Notes: generated by a model not told the origin, from the sequence alone. A stretch of DNA of 63,989 nucleotides, filler included, from Reticulomyxa filosa (GCA_000512085.1; 21 parts of 21 records of this genome joined end to end with filler, not necessarily neighbours in it); one strand, 5' to 3'. Shown: positions 25,479 to 37,420, numbered from the whole stretch's first letter. Numbers and translations are program-made.

Positions 25479-27294
25479 AAAACAGACATTTAGAAAAATT
25501 TGGAACAGTTTGTTTTTTCCAAAAAAAAGGAAACATTATTTTATAGATAGTTCGACCATATCATTAATTTTTTTTTGATAAAAAAAAACTAATAATAAAT
25601 TTTTTTTAAAAAAAAAAAGGTAAAAATAATGAACACTATTGTTATGGTGTCATGATTCGCACCCAATTGCAAAAATTTTTTTGCTGGATTGGAACTTTCC
25701 GGAAACCTTTTTCGTGCAAGTGAAGACCCAAGTGCATTTGAATTTCATACGCACAATCGACTTCGGCGCTGTGCTTGTATTGCCGATCAGACGAATATCG
25801 CACGTATGTGATTTTTAAGGCATGTCTTACGCCGGAGTCATGAAACGAGCTGCAGAAAAACGATAACAGTGTCATTCATTACGATGTGTACGTCCACCAT
25901 TGTTGATGCTGTTCGGGCTTGTGGCAACATTTCAAAAGCGTTGGTGAAAGTGAATTGAAACTTGCATTTGGAGGTCCCAAAGTTCATGAATGTTAAAAAA
26001 AAAAATAGCAACGAAAAAAAACATTTACACAGTGTTCATAAGTCCATGCTACCACAAACACCTGGACCACAACATACAAAAGTAATATCGATGACTTTAA
26101 TCTTTTAATGTTTATCAATTTTTTCAATCGTTTTCTAAAATACTTTTGCTTTTTTTTTTCAAACTAACTTGAACAACTGTCGTTACAGTGAAGCCTTTGA
26201 AGAAATAAAAAAAAGTCGAACATGGAGGAACACACAAATTCTCTTACATTAATTATGATGCAAAAACGCTATAATTGGATAAGAAATCAGGTGAGCTGGC
26301 GGTAAGGCATTGAAATTATCGTTAAAAGGAATATCAAAAGAACCACAATCCACACAAAGACGAACTTTTCCAATCAAAAATTTGAGGCAAGTATCAAATA
26401 CTTGCGATTAAATATGCGACAAATTTGGCATTGTTTGCACTTCGCTTCGACCTTGTTTACTGGCACCACAACTACCACAGCCACTTTCCACTTTCTCGAC
26501 TGACAGGTATTGTACTCTTTGGAAACCTATGTTATATACGTGTGTATTGACCATATATATTTCAATCACATCATAAAAAAACACTATAACTTGGAATATA
26601 GGCTGCGAATATAATCACGATAATAACCAGCCCACCGCTTTCAATATACCATGAACCGCAGTACATGATATGGACCTTTAATTTTTTTTCCAAATTGCAC
26701 ACGTCATTCAAAACGCAAACAATGACCCATATTTGAAGCAAGCCGTCACTATAGATACTCGTTCAATAATGAGCAAATAAATGTATTGGAGAAATGACGA
26801 GCGCGCGTTGTAGTGAGGCTTCCATGATTCGACAACGAATTTGATTTCCATCAGCAACATTCGACCATGAGGTTGCCAGTGCTACTTTCATCTACTGCAA
26901 CAATCGATATTGCTGTGATTGCTGTCACAATTGCAATTTCCCTGGGAACTCGCTGCAGCACCAATGACAACGTAAACAGCAAAACATGTCCATTTGCATT
27001 CCAATATTTTATTGACCTTTAAATGTCTAATCAAAAATTTCAAGCAACACATATTATACACATAAATAAATAATCAATGTACGTATAAAGATGCTGTGTT
27101 GTTAGTTATTGAATATGTACANNNNNNNNNNNNNNNNNNNNNNNNNNNNNNNNNNNNNNNNNNNNTTAATTAATTAANNNNNNNNNNNNNNNNNNNNNNN
27201 NNNNNNNNNNNNNNNNNNNNNAAAAAAAAAAAAAAATATAAAACATAAAACAAAAACATGCTATTGTTATTATGAATTGATCAAATGTTAGACT

Positions 27295-30200
27295 GTGAAT
27301 GACAAAGATGACTTGGCTGGATTTACTGGAGCCTTGTGTGTTCTTGGAGGGTTCTGGGAACCCTTACGCTGCGGAGGATTTGTTCGAGTTGAAACAGGAA
27401 GTGGCAAGAACAGTTCAACCGAAATGGCAATTGTGGTGCAATCACCACCTTTTCACGACCGACTGCATTTGGTTTTTCAAAAGAAAAGAGATATGTTATG
27501 CAATGCAACAAGCACAATCCGTATCAATGCTAAGAATGTCACCCCAGTCAGCGAATTTTTACCAACCTTTGATCTTTTGAGCGAGAATCCTGAAATATTC
27601 GACACATTAGTGGATATCATCCGTAGTGATACGTCCTCAATGGTATTATCCTCACGAGAGCAACTTTGGGTCAACTTGTTGCCTTTCAATCGAACGTTGG
27701 CAAAAGCCTTGCCTGTCTTAGCAAATTCTGAAACTTTACCTGCGGAAACTGCCCTTGCGTATGCCTCCATTTCTTCTCACACATGCAGATACACGTACAC
27801 ATACACAAACAAACAACAAACAAAAAGAGAAAGAATGGAATGGAAGACAAATTGTATATCTGTTGGACACAGAGGAGTAGACGAGGATGTGAAACACGAG
27901 AAAGACGAAAAGATCGGGGAACCCGCACCACTTCAGCAATCGGCGGTCATCCGGCAGCCGATGAAACCGTTGAACGCAGACGATATGGCAAGGAACACGC
28001 AAGAGGTGAGTTTGATTTTAAGTGAGCTACGTTATCGTGCAATGGGTGTCGTGGAGTCACTGCTGTGGTCGTCACAATTGAGCAGTCTAAGCGGCGGATT
28101 GATCGATAAAACAGTGCATTTGCTATTGGAAAATGCATTAACGAACAATGTTCGTCGAAACAAATTGTCGAGTGCAGATGTCGAAGACACCATGGTCCAA
28201 GCACTATTATTGCGCGATCGTTTGTGGGAAATCGAAAATCTAATGTTGCCATGCTTCGTACAAACGCCGCTGGCTCCGATGCAAACATTGGACGAAAAAG
28301 ATATGGATGACATAATGACTCCAGAAAGGGCTGCCGAAAATCGTTGGGTGTATTCGCAGACCCTTTATCAATATGACAAGTTGGACGCAGGTGATAACAA
28401 GAACAACTTGTTGCGCTATTATGACAAGCACATTGTTCCCAAACTACAAGACCATTTACGAAAGTATTTCCAGCCCTTTGAGGTCGCTGATTATACCATG
28501 CAGTTCCGAAAACCATTGCAAAGTGGTGATGAAATGACATCGTTTCAAGTGGCATGGGTGTTATGCGACAACCGCGTCCCTGACAGAGTCGCTTTTCCAG
28601 AAACGGATCGGGATTGGACCACTTTGATGCATGACGATATCCAACCTGGACAACACGTGTACGTGACCCCTTACGCATTGACATCTCCGTTGATGCATGC
28701 AGCGCACATGCACCAGTTTATTGGACAAGTCGGCCGTGTGAGATCGATCGACAAAGACTCGGAGTGTGTGTTGGTCCAGTTTTACAATGAGTCGCGATGC
28801 AATACAAATGCATATTGGTTTGAGTCCAAAGTATTGCGAGGCGTGCGACCATTTTATTACATGAGCAAGTTTAGCGGATGGTTGGAGAGATATCTGAGTC
28901 GAGCGGGCTCGTTACAAGCGCTTATTGAAATGGAAGAAAAAGCGGTCTCCTTGGCTTTGCAAAGAGCACTCTTTACTTTGTGTTGTCAATCGGAAAATCC
29001 GTTGCCTCGATTGAAAAATATAATGTTGGAACTTCAGCCCAAAAATATTGGGAAAAAAAAAGGCACAACGGAAATGGACGTAGACGCCAAAGACGAGTCG
29101 ATGCCAATGAATTTGCCCGAAGTAAGTCAGGACCCAGTTGATTTTGTGTTGTCTGCACTCAAACAGGCGATCCGCTTGCGAGAATTGCATATGTTGGGAG
29201 AGCCCTTGTCCGATTATGAAGAGAGCATTGAACAATTGAACCACAATTTGCAAGAGTACGCAAAAGCAGAAGGACTCAGTGAGTTAGACTTGATGACCAA
29301 ATGGATGGAAAAATTGGACTATCGTCTCAACATTGCCGCCACCTTTTATCGCAAAAACATTTTGTTCCGACATTCTCGTGAATGTGACAGTAAACTTCGA
29401 AGCTATTCACGTGCAGTGTCGGTAGCAGGAGCGTGTGCATTGATCATCATGTTCAGCACGCAATCCGAACTCCCAAATTCTCAGTACTCTAGTTAAGTCA
29501 ATTGTCTTTTTTGAATTTTATTTTAAATGATGTATGTCGTTTCTATTTTCAAATGTTGTGTACGTTGGTCTCACTACAACAGCTCACAGTGTTGCAATCT
29601 ATTCTGATGAAACGTGTCAATCGTTGGTGAAAATGTATTCCGCCGGACAAATTGCAAAGAATGTGTTGTTGCCTGTCGTCGTGCCGAGCCACGAATGTTG
29701 GGTGAAGCTGTCGTACCCCGAGCTCTGTCCATTGGTGGAATTCCAAGTCTTGCCTATCCATCCGGACTTGGGCCTATCATTCTGGTTGGTGCGATTTTTA
29801 TTAAAGTCGATCGGCTTGAAGACGTGTGTGGAGTCTTTGGATTTGGTTCAGAGCACTCAAATGTGTCTCCGCATGATCCACTTATTGTTCGATCATTGGC
29901 AGATCGTTGCGTTGCCAGTATCCCCATTGAAACATACGCTGCTGTCATTGACATTCCAAATCCTTTCAACCGTGCACGCTTTGGTGAAGAAGCACAAACA
30001 AGATCTGATGAACGAAGAAGTTCAGAGCGTAATTGACGAAGGATTGGAGTTACTCAAGGAGCTGAAGCACGAGATCGAGACCATTTTCGAACGAGAGAGT
30101 GGCAGTGAGGTAACAGCCTATTTCCAATTGCTAATGGATGTCACAGTATTGGCAGACAAGCTCCGATCGCCATCGCATAAGCAGGCCTCCAAAATCTCTT

Positions 30201-31778
30201 TTGATTCAGGCAAAGGAGACGACAAAGAAGAGGAGGACGCGGAAGCAGATGAAAACGGAGACGACGAGCCCAAAACGTGGGATTGTCCGATTTGCACCTT
30301 CCAAAACCCATTCGAAGAGGACAAGTGCTCAATGTGTGACACAAATCGCCCTCCGTTAAAAGCCAAAGCGAAACGCGACACAAAAGGAATGAACGCAGGC
30401 AAAGTGTTGCAACAGTTGGTGGGACTGTCCTCTGCAATTGAGTTTTTCAAAAACGTGAACAAAGAAAAGAACGCAGTAATCGAAACGCTATTGAAGACGA
30501 CATGGAATCATTTAAAAGACGAACACGAACCTTCCAAGCAATGGTTTTTAATCACAAATGTCCCTCCAGGTCCCAAAGAAAAAGTCAAAGAAATCCTTCA
30601 ACAATGTATCGATCACATCGAGTCAGATGAGCGTGTGTACATTGGAGACGTGTATTTGAGCATAGATCCTGGTGCTCCCAAGCCAATCACCAAAAAATGC
30701 AAGTTTGTTCAAAAGACTTTTTACACGGAACCCAATCCCGAAGAATGGGGAGAAGAGGGCATAATAAGCTATTTGGCGACCCATGGCAAAGCGCATCCTT
30801 GGAAAAATCCAATGGACGAGGGATTGTTGCAAGTACGGGCGAAGAGCTTGGCGAATGGCAAAACCATCAATAACGTGTTTGAAAACAACGCTCTCAGCTG
30901 CATTTCAAGAGCAGAGCCAGAGAGTTATGTTGTCGTTGACTTTGGCGAACGAAAACTTTGTCCTTCGTTTTACAAATTGCGACATTCGTTCCACAGTGAT
31001 GGAGAAGCGCTTCGCAATTGGAGACTGGAAGGATGTGCGGAGCCCACCTCTTCCTTGCTCCATGACAGCGACAACAATTGCAAATGGGACTTGTTGATTG
31101 AACATAAAAACGATGATAAGCTCCAACGGGCTGGACATGTGCAGCAATGGAAAATTACCGAAAATCATTCCAAAAAATTCTTCCACAAATTCCGAATCCT
31201 AATGACCGGACTCAATTCCAGCAGCAACTTTGTCTTGGCCTTGTCTGGCTTTGAACTCTACGGAGTTTTGGATATGCCTCCTGACATTACTCCCGATCAT
31301 CAGAAAACTCATTGCTTTGCTGTTTTGGAAGTCGCCAATGCCACGCCGGAAGTATGCCAGGCGCTGGTATCGATGAGCGGAGTTTTGGTGAAAGCACCAA
31401 ATGGAGTCGAATTGGATTATTTGGAACCCGAAACTATCCCTACGTCGTCATTAGCACAACAACCAAATATAAACACTGTGGCGAAAGAGCCCACATCTAA
31501 TGATACAATATCACCTGTTACTGTTGTACAACTACAAGAACAACCACAATCTGCTCCACCGGTGCAATCCCAAGCACAAGAACAGCCTCAAGCACAAGGG
31601 CAGCCGCAAGCACAAGAGCAATCTCAAGCACAAGGACAACCTCAGGCACAAGAACAACCTCAAGCACAAGAGCAACCCCAAGCACAAGAACAACCTCAGG
31701 CACAAGGGCAACCTCAATCACAAGAGCAACCTCAAGCGCAAGAGCAACCCCAAGCACAAGAGCAACCTCAGGCACAAG
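27295..31778 (+). CDS. Internal fragment of a giant HECT-ligase-like protein (HECTD4-like segments, RanBP2 zinc finger, HECTD1-type Sad1/UNC-like domain)
   Basis: GALCVLGGFWEPLRCGG; SH3-like MHQFIGQVGRV...VLVQFYN...YWF; WDCPICTFQN...CSMC; GIISYLAT...WKNP...YKLRH...ALRNWRLEG...FRI...LSGFELYG. Probable introns 27759-27872 and 29492-29582. The HECT domain is not in the window. Confidence 0.7.
31570..31778 (+). repeat. Coding 18-bp minisatellite, (QAQEQP)n
   Basis: About 11 units of CAAGCACAAGAGCAACCT-like sequence running into the contig end. Confidence 0.9.
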
Positions 31779-31880
31779 NNNNNNNNNNNNNNNNNNNNNN
31801 NNNNNNNNNNNNNNNNNNNNNNTTAATTAATTAANNNNNNNNNNNNNNNNNNNNNNNNNNNNNNNNNNNNNNNNNNNNTA

Positions 31881-31914
<34 letters not shown>

Positions 31915-32376
31915 TGTTATTATAAATAACAAACGTGTTGTGATCCCACAAGACTTTCCAAATGTCGTCGTTAAATCATCAACGATGCACCGCAATCTCA
32001 ACGCAGTCATAGGATATTGTGAATGAACATGAAATTGGCACGCTGATAATATGCGAATGTGTGCGGCTAAATTACTTTCGTAGATTAGATTTCCAAAGGC
32101 GTAGTCACATATCACCTTGCCGATATAGACGCCAATGTGTTCGCCATATTGGTCACTCATGTACTTTTGCAAGGGCAATGCGAAATATTCGCGGATTGTT
32201 GAAAATGCATTTTGAGGTCCGTACGTGAACAACGGATGAGGCAACGATTCTGGAAAGGTCATGAGTTTATTAGAAACTGGGAGTCCTGTCATCTCAGTTG
32301 GTGGAGGTGGCTGCGTATTTGAGGAAGGAGGAGGAGGAGGAGGAGTAGGAGTAAAAACACTTAAACGATCACCCAT
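31915..32376 (-). CDS. Hypothetical protein, 5' part, Pro-rich N-terminus
   Basis: ATG-initiated ORF MGDRLSVFTPTPPPPPP..., truncated by the linker. Confidence 0.5.
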
Positions 32377-32835
32377 TAACTTTTATTTAGAAAACGCTTT
32401 AATCTGAACATTATTAGTTTGAAGGGACTCTTTTTTCCCTTCTTTTTTTTAAAAAACAGGAAATTTGTTACGAAAGAAGGAATGGCACTTAACAAGCTTT
32501 TAGTTCATGTTTGCATATATATATTGCATGTGCATAATGCTTAATAAATACAAAAAAAAAAAATTTAAAGTTCAAGGCCCAAACGCAATGTTACTTGTTT
32601 ACAAAGTTTTTTTTTAAATTTTTTTTCCCTTCAAAAGGTTCAAATGAAGAATAAATTTAAACGCAGAGAATTACGCTCAAAAAAAAAAAAAAAAAACTTG
32701 AAATGATAATAACAATTAAAGTGCAGAGGTCAGAGAAGACGCACGCATGCATACGTACGTACGTGCAGGGATAAGTAAAGTGAAGAATGGAATGAGACAA
32801 AAGCGTAAGACAAAAAGCGAAAAAGAAGAAGTAAA

Positions 32836-33437
32836 TTAATCGCCAATGGCGTCAGCTAACAAATCCACATCTCGTTGTTTTTCATATTGTTTTTTGATGT
32901 ACTGTGCAATGAAGCCATCCAAGACAGTGAAAATGGGGAAATAGATCATAAGTGGGAGAATATACAAGGCCAGTTCGGAGCCATTTCCGTACATGTCAGT
33001 ATACATGACCACGCCAATAGTGATCGACTTTTGGGAGGAGCAAAAGGCGATAGCGATCCGATCTTCCCAGCTGAACTTCCATCGCCATAAATATTTGGGC
33101 AACTCGTAGCTGATGATGAATACAAAAATGTGCAAAAACAAGCAGACAAAGAGCAAGCCGATAACGTCTTGCCACGCCGCATGCGCATGACTGCACATGC
33201 TGTTGGCGATGACCATGGCCACGATTACAAATACCAGCACGTCGACAATTTTGCTGGAATAAGGACGGAGATAGCGATCAATGTACTCCACGGCGCGAGG
33301 ATGCGAGTTCCTGGCGATTTGTCCGACGATGAACGGAGTCACTACTTTCAGTGCCAAGTCTATCAGTTGTGTTCCTATGTCAACGGCGACGTCTTGTCCG
33401 ATGATCCACGTTACCATTGGCGGAGTAATAAACACTT
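32836..33437 (-). CDS. Sodium/bile-acid symporter family (SLC10A7/RCH1-like) transporter, last exon
   Basis: VFITP, VVTPFIVGQIAR, DRIAIAFCSSQKSITIGV, ILPLMIY; several TM segments. Confidence 0.8.
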
Positions 33438-34284
33438 CCTTTTTTTTTTTTTTTTTTTTNNNNNNNNNNNNNNNNNNNNNNNNNNNNNNNNNNNNNNNNN
33501 NNNTTAATTAATTAANNNNNNNNNNNNNNNNNNNNNNNNNNNNNNNNNNNNNNNNNNNNGTGTTAAATTTCCTTTGGCTTTTTTAACTGCCTGTATTCTC
33601 TTTAGTATCGACTTTATTAAATTTTTTATTTTTTCCCATTTTGTTTCGAATTAGTTTCAAAGTTCTTCAGTAGTATTAAATATTCCTTTTTTTGTGAATC
33701 TTTGTATTTACTATCCACCAAAGATTTTCAATTGGATTTAAAGCAGTTGAATTTTGATGAAAATTCATTATTTTCTTTTTTTTTTTTGTTTTAACCATTT
33801 CATAATTTTTTCCGACTTATGGCATGTTGTATTATCTTGCTGGAAAATCCAATATTCTTTATTTTATAAGCAGAAATTGACGCTCTTTAGGATTTTGTCA
33901 GATAAAAATTATATATACATCGGTATTTATTCCATCTTACAAACGTAACCTGTTTCTAATGCCCCAAAACATAGACTTACTAAAATGCTTCCACCACCAA
34001 ATTTTGCTATTTTTTATATGAAATTTTCATCTAATGGTTGTCAATCAATATTTCGGACAAAATAATAAAAATAATAAAAATAAATATCGAACACCTAAAA
34101 AAAAAAATGAAAATCTCAAAAATTGTTTAAAAAAAGATTGGCAAATTTCATGACTATAAAAATAATATTGTATAAGTTGGCATTTTATGTGTCAACTTTA
34201 TTTTTTATCTTACTGTATTAAAAAAAGAACTTTATATCGTTTGAAAGAATTGTATTTTTTATATAATAAAATTTATTTGTTTAA

Positions 34285-34501
34285 TTATAAAAAAACAAAT
34301 CAAAAGATATATTGCCAACTGCAAAGAGTATATTTTTATCGTCACATAAGTTGATACTGTAGTACTTTTATAATTTCTTCCTCCAATACTATGTACAAAA
34401 GTATTATCTTCATTCAATATCCCAAAATAATCATACAATGGAATAGATAAAGAACGTTTAAATGTGATCCATTCATGTTCTTGTATTAAATACTTGTGCA
34501 C
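34285..34501 (-). pseudogene. Kelch-like beta-propeller gene relic
   Basis: HKYLIQEHEWITF..LSIPLYDYFGILNEDNTFVHSIGG matches Kelch repeat spacing (Y...W...GG). Isolated fragment. Confidence 0.5.
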
Positions 34502-35089
34502 TGATTTTGAAATAACATTTTTATCTAAATAATCTCCTCCATCAAAGTATCATGTTTAATAAATTGAAATATGTTTGAATTGAATACACGCAGATTTTTC
34601 TTGCAAATCTCCATTCGGATATTTTATTAACTGACAAAAGATTTGAAGGAGATTGGTCAACAGTTTTCCACAACAGCAGTCTCGCTGTGTTCATTAACTC
34701 TTCCGTCAGATTGTGATTACTGTGCATATAATATATCTTCTCTTTGTAAAGTCTGCATTTCTCATACCGATCTGCATCATTCAAACAAAATGTCAATTGA
34801 TTCAACACATATTCTCTTGTGGTTGCTGATCCCATCAAACTCAATGCCTCTGCTCAGCAACGGGGGATGTTTTTGTGACAAAACAAAAACTTTTACAAGC
34901 AAGTAGAAATGATAATTTAAAACTGGAACGAATTACAATTTTCCTAACAAATTAATATCCGAATGATGCGAAAGAGGAAGGATCATTGCAATCTAAGAAA
35001 ATTCAATCAAATGAAAACTTGTTTAACCTTTTTGGAGAAGCTTCTTAGGAAAAAAAAGGACCTTTTAACAAGAAGGTATATTCTTGTCA

Positions 35090-35645
35090 ATGGCAGCATT
35101 ATTAGTGTTAGGATTAATCTTTCTGTGCTGCGATGTCGCACTCTCCTTTCCGCGCACAAAAAGAATAGTGAATGGTATTCCAACAACAGGCAATGATTAC
35201 CCATACGTAGCGTCACTGTACGGAGAATCTTCAGGCGACGAGTCCCATTTTTGCGGGGGGTCTCTCATAAAAGCCACAAAGCCAGCCATTGTCCTGGTAC
35301 ACAGCAACACAAACCCAACGGACAAAAAAAAAAAAAAAAAAACAGTAACCAAGACAGATTTGAAAAAAACGTATACGAATAGACAGCAGCGCATTGTGTA
35401 TCAGAAAACGGACAAGCGATCGAAGTGCAGACTGCAGAAACGACAATGAAAGTGGATATTGGCAGAACAAGCGTACAAAATACAAGTGAAAAGGGGTACG
35501 AGACATTGACATGGAAGCAGATATACGTACACCCATACTTTAACAGTACATCTTTAGAAAACGATATTGCTTTGATAATGATGGAAGATGGTCTCGATGC
35601 CACCTATCCTGTCAGCCCTATTTTCAACTCTTCCAGTTCCTTTCT
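35090..35645 (+). CDS. Secreted trypsin-family (S1A) serine protease, 5' part
   Basis: Signal peptide, RTKR|IVNG activation site, HFCGGSLI. Intron 35297-35382 restores VL|TAAHC. VHPYFN...NDIALI carries the catalytic Asp. The GDSGG exon lies beyond the contig end. Confidence 0.92.
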
Positions 35646-35669
35646 GTCAACCAATCAAAATAACTCAAA

Positions 35670-35700
<31 letters not shown>

Positions 35701-35845
35701 CGCCCAAACCNNNNNNNNNNNNNNNNNNNNNNNNNNNNNNNNNNNNNNNNNNNNTTAATTAATTAANNNNNNNNNNNNNNNNNNNNNNNNNNNNNNNNNN
35801 NNNNNNNNNNTTTATTAATTAAATTAATTTGTTGATGTTATATAG

Positions 35846-37018
35846 CAAAGAGCCTCAAGCGCGCATGTCTACGGGTTTGAAACCCATCAAACAAAAAAAA
35901 AGTTTTGTTCTAAATTTGTTTTTTTATGTTATAATAATAATAATATTATTATTATTTATAGATGTCCGATGCTCCAGCAACTTCCTGTGTGCTCCAACGG
36001 GTCTATAACCCGTATCCAACAAAAAAATAAAAAAGTTTTGATTTATCTTTTATTGTTTATATTATTATTAAAGATTATTATGTGTATGTATGGCAACAGC
36101 ATCAGAGACCCCGTTCAGCCTCCGACTACGGGTTTAAAACCCATACAAAAAAAAAAAATGGTTTGATTATATGTTTTATTTATTTATTATTACTATAATT
36201 GTATTACGACATGACAACTGTTTACAGGCAACGGTGCAAAGGCAGTCATGTGCGCTTCCAGCGGCTCCAGCAAATCCAACAAAATAAAAAAAGGTGTGAT
36301 TTATTTCTTAAAATTTATGTCAATACTGAAAGCCAATATTCTGCACACAGAGTCAACGCCCAAAGACGCCATCCAACACGCGACGACGGGCCCTCAGCAG
36401 TGCAAAACAAAAAAAAAAAGTTTAATTCTATTTTGTTTTGCTTTCACTTACAAATACAATACTGTCATACTTTATAGAAGCAAAGTGCCACTCGCCTGGC
36501 CGCAGCGAGTCCAACGGGTTGTAACCAACCACAAAAAAAAAAGTTTTGTTCTTATGTTTCTGTTCTTTTTACAATATAACAATAACAACATTATGATTTA
36601 TAGGGCCAAATGCCTCGAACACCCGCTCCAGCGTACTAAGGGTTTACACCCGTATCAAATAAAATAAAAAAAAGGTATGACATGTTCTTGATTTTTTAAA
36701 TTGTCATAACGGCTTGTTATTACTTATAGGGCAACTGCTAAATCCCCACCTGCGCTATCCAATACGGGATCACAACCCGTCTCAATAAAAAAATAAAAAG
36801 TTTTGTTTACTAATGTGTTTTACTTGTTTATAATTATAATATTATTATTGCCCATAGAGCCCCGCCCAAATCTCACACTCGAACGGGCTCCGACCCGTCA
36901 AACAAAAAGAAAAAAAGTTTTGTTGTTTTATTTTTGTTTTTGTTTATATATATTATAATAATATAATTATAATATAGGGCCCCTGCCACCTCCAACGCCT
37001 CCAACGGGCTCCGACCCG
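35846..37018. repeat. Non-coding array of at least 10 units: unique GC-rich segment + conserved hairpin motif + A-tract, separated by GT...AG spacers
   Basis: Units start at 35846, 35962, 36100, 36228, 36351, 36478, 36604, 36730, 36858 and 36978. Motif ACGGG-N(5-7)-CCC(G/A)T, degenerate in units 4-6. No reading frame stays open across units. Confidence 0.85.
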
Positions 37019-37118
37019 NNNNNNNNNNNNNNNNNNNNNNNNNNNNNNNNNNNNNNNNNNNNTTAATTAATTAANNNNNNNNNNNNNNNNNNNNNNNNNN
37101 NNNNNNNNNNNNNNNNNN

Positions 37119-37420
37119 ACAAACTCCACCACAGTGTCCGTATCGAAGTCGGACGGGAAACCGCTGCTTTCTTCATCTTCATCTTCGGGACCTGAAAATA
37201 AAAACATGCTCCTATAACACCCGCAGCGACACTTCACTTCAGACCGGCAGTTGGGGCAAGACCAACTCAACAACCCCGAACCAGGAAGCTCAGCGTGGAG
37301 AGCATTCCCCAAGCACACCACATGAAACTTGTGACCACAAGGAGTCACACTCATCTTGGAAGGTTCAATCTCTTCCATACAGACAGTACAAATGTCTCTT
37401 TCAGTAACAACAGAAGACAT
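37119..37420 (-). CDS. Small RING-H2 finger protein, 3'-truncated
   Basis: CTVC...PCGHKFHVVC...CPNCR, then CRCGC and an acidic stretch. ATG at 37420. Confidence 0.82.

Noticed and set aside
26200-27000. Possible membrane-protein gene on the minus strand
   Set aside because: Hydrophobic fragments broken by many stops. No family can be supported.
27947-28684. 245-aa antisense ORF inside the giant ligase gene, and similar shadows such as 52183-52944 and 54246-54965
   Set aside because: Overlap well-supported genes and have no motifs. Explained by codon bias.
35969-36667. ORF-track ORFs within the array
   Set aside because: They run through AT-rich spacers, use inconsistent frames and show no protein-like conservation.
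36743-36752. Unit 8 segment TCCCCACCTG is complementary to a recalled conserved LSU rRNA stretch (CAGGTGGGGA)
   Set aside because: A 10-nt match is expected by chance given ~300 nt of variable sequence and several kb of rRNA, and the organism's rRNA is not available here.
35846-37018. Calling the array a true CRISPR array
   Set aside because: Repeats are not identical, the context is eukaryotic with intron-like spacers, and there are no cas genes. Only the layout is analogous.
35846-37018. Calling the units tRNA genes or snoRNAs
   Set aside because: Only a T-arm-like hairpin in some units. No acceptor, D or anticodon arms, and no consistent C/D or H/ACA boxes.
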